A stretch of 64,000 bases of DNA from Octopus sinensis. Taxonomy: Eukaryota. The position numbers were made by a program, and so were the translations under genes. Below, in pieces: positions 60,140 to 64,000 of the stretch; position 1 is the first letter of the stretch, and every line of letters starts with the position of its first letter. The notes below the pieces were generated by a model. It saw nothing but the letters and a program-made list of their open reading frames with translations. It made no database searches and had not been told where the DNA came from. The stretch is from positions 102,362,001-102,426,000 of the forward strand of contig NC_043006.1 of NCBI RefSeq assembly GCF_006345805.1, in the 5' to 3' direction.

Positions 60140-60746
60140 TCTTTCTTTGGATACTAAACTCTGCTTGCGAAGACCTGTTGAGAGAAGTGCAATCAAAATC
60201 AAATTCGATGACTGGCATCCGTGCTAGCGGGGTGCAAAGAGCACCATACGAGTGTGATTGTTGACAGACCGGCTAACCAGCTTCCATGCCAGTGGCACAT
60301 AAAAGGCACCATTTGAATGTGATCATTACCAGCGTCCCCTTACTGGCACTTGTGTCCATGCTAGTAGGGTGCCAAGAGCACCATCCGAGCGTGATCGTTG
60401 CCAGAGCGGCTATCTGGCTCCATGCTGGTGGTATGTAAAAGGGCACCATTTGCACGTGATCGTTACTAGTGTCGCCTTACTGGCACCTGTGCCGGTGGCA
60501 TGTGTAAAAAGATTCGAGCGAGGTCATTGCCAGTACCGCCTGACTAGCCCCCATGCCATTACCATATAAAAAGCACCCACTACACTCTTGGAGTGGTTGG
60601 CATTAGGAAGGGCATCCAGCTGTAGAAACTTTGCCAGATCAAGATTGGAGCCTGGTGCAGCCATCTGGTTCGCCAGCCCTCAGTCAAAATCATCCAACCC
60701 ATGCTAGCATGGAAAGTGGACATTAAACGATGATGATGATGATGAT
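60140..60746 (+). mobile_element. RTE 3' UTR, long version with about 6-7 internal subrepeats and a (GAT)n tail
   Basis: Starts at ctgcttgcgaagacc (ORF2 end-like), repeats gtgccggtggca..aaaagcaccat..cgagcgtgatcgttgccag, ends ccatgctagcatggaaagtggacattaaacgatgatgat. Confidence 0.8.
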
Positions 60747-60760
60747 ATATATATATATAT

Positions 60761-60796
<36 letters not shown>

Positions 60797-60869
60797 GTTT
60801 TTAATTTGTTTTGAAATCAGAATAAAGCAATTTATAAAAATAAAACAGATTGATAATTTTCACCTAGTA

Positions 60870-61800
60870 TTTCAATATTTCTGGGTTAGGACCCATTCCT
60901 CGGGAAATCTTTGGAGAAAAGTTGTTATTTGCTAACTTCTCTGTCCAGTAATATGCAAGTGTTTGATGTGTTGCTATGGTAACTAATCAGTCACATGCAA
61001 CTTTGATCTGTTATTAATACATAATGTGCAATTCTTAATTAAAAGAGCTTCTTTATCGTCAGGTTCTTAAAGTTTCAATGGAAACCTGAATGTCTTGGGT
61101 GTGGCATTTGTGTATATTTTTTCTTTCATTTTTTTGTTTTTGATGGAAGAAGCATTAGCATAGAGGTGTTCTTTAATATAAAATGTATAATTGTTTGATG
61201 GTACTTCTGATGTAGAATTCATTGCATTTGCTTCATGTGGTTTTATACACCACATAGGACCACAGCCAAAAAAGTTTCATTTTTGATCAGCGAGTTGGAC
61301 AACGTACATAAAGTTATGTTTTATCTTGGTTTGATTTTAATTAAGACCCTCCTCAGCGAAGGGCTAGAGTGGGCCCTTACTATGGATCACATGGCAGATT
61401 GCAGTGGTAGTTTTTTTCATGAAAATGCGCCAGTTTCAAAAAAGCACCATTATCCTTGGATGTGTGGATTCATTTGGGTGGTCCTGTGACGTCCTCGTGT
61501 TTAGTGAAAGAATATGGATAATCATTCTCCATCAGGAATTTTCAGGATTGTACGATGTTGGTATAATTGCTTCTTGCTTTGCTGCATTTACTGAGTACCC
61601 TGTGAATCTCATTTCTAATACTAGCCATTCTAGGTCTGATGGGCAGGGATGAATTATACATAGGCACCTGCATGCTAATTTTCTGTAAAACTTAATAGAG
61701 ATGGATCCATTCTCAGTGATTTTGAGTTCAAAATGAAGCAGAGATAAGGAGTTGGTGGGTGTTATTGAGTGCTCCACTTCGAATTTTGTGTTCATCAATA
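60870..61800 (-). mobile_element. Decayed PLE: RT C-terminus, GIY-YIG remnant and 3' hammerhead-like relic
   Basis: KFEVEHS..SLSLLHFELKITENGSISIKFYRK, RMASIRNEIHRVLSKCS, YIKEHLYANASSI. ccgagga-a-tggg/ccca-gaaa on the minus strand at ~60880-60905. Confidence 0.7.
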
Positions 61801-61810
61801 TTTTTGAACA

Positions 61811-61854
<44 letters not shown>

Positions 61855-62189
61855 GCACACACACATTTGCACATGCAGTAGTTCAAGTACTGAGGGAGAG
61901 GAAGCCTGTGGAGTGACTAAGAGTTATCTCCCTTGGCATATGCTTTATCAGAAACTGCTTCGTGCTGCTCCGTGTTTATAGAATCCATTGTGACCCCAGG
62001 GTCGGGTGATTGACTCATACTGTCTCTGACATTTGAGTACCTGGGTAGAATTTGCACTCAGGTAAATATGTTGACATATACTACGAGATATCTCATCTGA
62101 TGACCCAACAATTCCCTTGATCCGCAAAACTCCTCTGATACTTTATTTATTAACCCTCCACCCCCACCCAAAGCTTGATAAATTAAGTA

Positions 62190-62354
62190 GCGGGTGTGGC
62201 AGTATGGTAAATACTTGGCTTCTCAACCACATGGTTCTGGGTTCAATCCCACAGTGTGACACCTTGGGTAAGTGTCTTCAACTATAGCTCCAGGTTGACC
62301 AAAGCTTTGTAAGTGGATTTTGCAGGTGGAAACTGAAAGAAGCTTGTATATCTA

Positions 62355-62397
<43 letters not shown>

Positions 62398-62400
62398 TAT

Positions 62401-62451
<51 letters not shown>

Positions 62452-62452
62452 T

Positions 62453-62513
<61 letters not shown>

Positions 62514-62527
62514 ATATATATATATAC
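62190..62527 (+). mobile_element. SINE family C 5' half running into a ~180-bp (TA)n tract
   Basis: gggtgtggcagtatggtaaatacttggcttctcaaccacatggttctgggttcaatccc...ggaaactgaaagaagc followed by (TA)n. Confidence 0.8.
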
Positions 62528-62556
62528 TTTATTTAAAGTAAGAACATGGGAGTGAA

Positions 62557-62750
62557 TCGAGTTTCACGTTCCCGTCGTCGGACATTTTTGTTAAAATTTT
62601 AACAAAAACTGTCCAACGAACAGGAATGTGAAACTCCGAGTAACAGGTTTTGTTGAATTTCTGCTGCTTTTAAATAAAGCATATTACTCTACCCCTGGAA
62701 TTTGAGTACTCTTTTTTCCACCTTGTTTCACATTTATGTGTTTACCCAGG
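62557..62750. mobile_element. Foldback twin-hammerhead-like element, copy 2
   Basis: tcggagtttcacgttcccgtcgtcggaca-tttttgttaaaattttaacaaaaa-ctgtccaacgaacaggaatgtgaaactccgagtaacagg, then the same tail as copy 1. Confidence 0.75.
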
Positions 62751-62795
62751 TATATATATATATATATATATACACACACATAGACACTCATATAT

Positions 62796-62831
<36 letters not shown>

Positions 62832-62929
62832 CTACACATACACACACAAACATGTATGTATATATAAATGTATATACACTTACATGTGTGTGTGAGAGAG
62901 AGAGAGAGAATGTATGTATATGTTTGTGT

Positions 62930-63200
62930 GTGGGTGTAAGTTGTTTTGTGTTTTCATGTCTTGTATGATAATTGTAAACGAGTGTCACTGTCATACAAGC
63001 AGTGTCATTCCTTTCCAATATTCTGTAGAAATATGTCTATCCATAGGGATAGCGGCAAAAAGGGTTGGTGGCAGAAAAAGAAAATCTGACTCAAATAAAC
63101 TCTGCTTGACCCCTGTGGAAAAGTGGACTTCAAATGATGATGGTGAGGATGATGATAATGATGTTGACAAGGCAAAGGTGACATCAAAGGGATTTTGAAC
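62930..63200 (+). mobile_element. Unclassified SINE-like repeat (related copy at 58915-59070)
   Basis: gtgatRRttgtaaacgagtgtcac..tcatacaagc...gggttggtggcagaaaaag..atctg pattern at both loci. Confidence 0.45.
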
Positions 63201-63330
63201 TTGGAGCTCAGAGGGTTGCAACACATACCACAGGGCAACCTTTCTGACTCTAACTTTTCTGCTGATTCACTCCCATGTTCTTACAGTGTGACAAACTTAT
63301 TTTTAAAAAATGGTGAAATATATATATATA

Positions 63331-63710
63331 GGCGCAGGAGTGGCTGTGTGGTAAGTAGCTTGCTAACCAACCACATGGTTCCGGGTTCAGTCCCACTGCG
63401 TGGCATCTTGGGCAAGTGTCTTCTGCTATAGCCCCGGGCCGACCAATGCCTTGTGAGTGGATTTTGTAGACGGAAACTGAAAGAAGCCTGTCGTATATAT
63501 ATATATATGTATGTGTGTCTGTGTTTGTACCCCTAGCATTGCTTGACAACCAATGCTGGTGTGTTTACGTCCCCGTCACTTAGCGGTTCAGCAAAAGAGA
63601 CCGATGGAATAAGTACTGGGCTTACAAAGAATAAGTCCTGGGGTCGATTTGCTCGACTAAAGGCGGTGCTCCAGCATGGCCGCAGTCAAGTGACTGAAAC
63701 AAGTAAAAAA
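63331..63710 (+). mobile_element. SINE family C, least diverged full-length copy
   Basis: ggcgcaggagtggctgtgtggtaagtagcttgc (A-box-like) ...gggttcagtccc (B-box-like), ggcatcttgggcaagtgtctt core, short internal (TA)(TG), 3' ...gtgactgaaacaagtaaaa. Confidence 0.9.
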
Positions 63711-64000
63711 AAAAATTAAAAAAATATATATATATATATCCTTACCATCAACATTCAGCTAGATAGAGTTTTTTTTGTGTGTGTGTGTGTGGTGTAATAT
63801 CTATGTGTACATGTGTGCGTGATGTGATATTTTCTTTTTATCGTGTGTGTGTGTGTGTGTTTATACAGAATAAAATCTATGACAAACTCTGATGCTTTAA
63901 AAAAAGTTTTCTATTCCGAAGCTTTGTTTTAGTTTTTGTTGTCTGTTTTTAAATAATTGTATTTATTTTTTTCCTTCTTTTTCCTGCCCCTTTTATTTGT

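Overview
AT-rich, microsatellite-dense animal genomic DNA. An octopus or other coleoid cephalopod is inferred from the repeat families, not proven. The only host gene I can support is the 3' end of a + strand M28B-family gene (glutamate carboxypeptidase II / NAALADase / transferrin-receptor family): five exons at 5301-5394, 7249-7504, 12193-12280, 16713-16805 and 18530-18725 splice in frame to 241 C-terminal residues. The protein lacks the Zn ligand equivalent to GCPII His553 and the substrate-binding residues, so it is a candidate pseudo-peptidase. The rest is intron or intergenic DNA filled with decayed mobile elements: four Penelope-like (PLE) remnants, R4/Dong-like, CRE-like, L1/Tx1-like and RTE LINE pieces, four tRNA-like SINE families, three Helitron-type non-autonomous elements, hAT (SPIN-like), pogo and piggyBac-type relics, and many microsatellites. 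The most unusual signal is a recurrent class of small non-coding elements in which type I hammerhead-ribozyme motifs occur as inverted (foldback) pairs, at about 13.1, 22.4, 31.3-32.1, 34.5, 59.9 and 62.6 kb, one with a tRNA-like head. These are candidate PLE-mobilised, retrozyme-like non-autonomous elements. All family assignments come from manual translation and motif recall; no database search was run.
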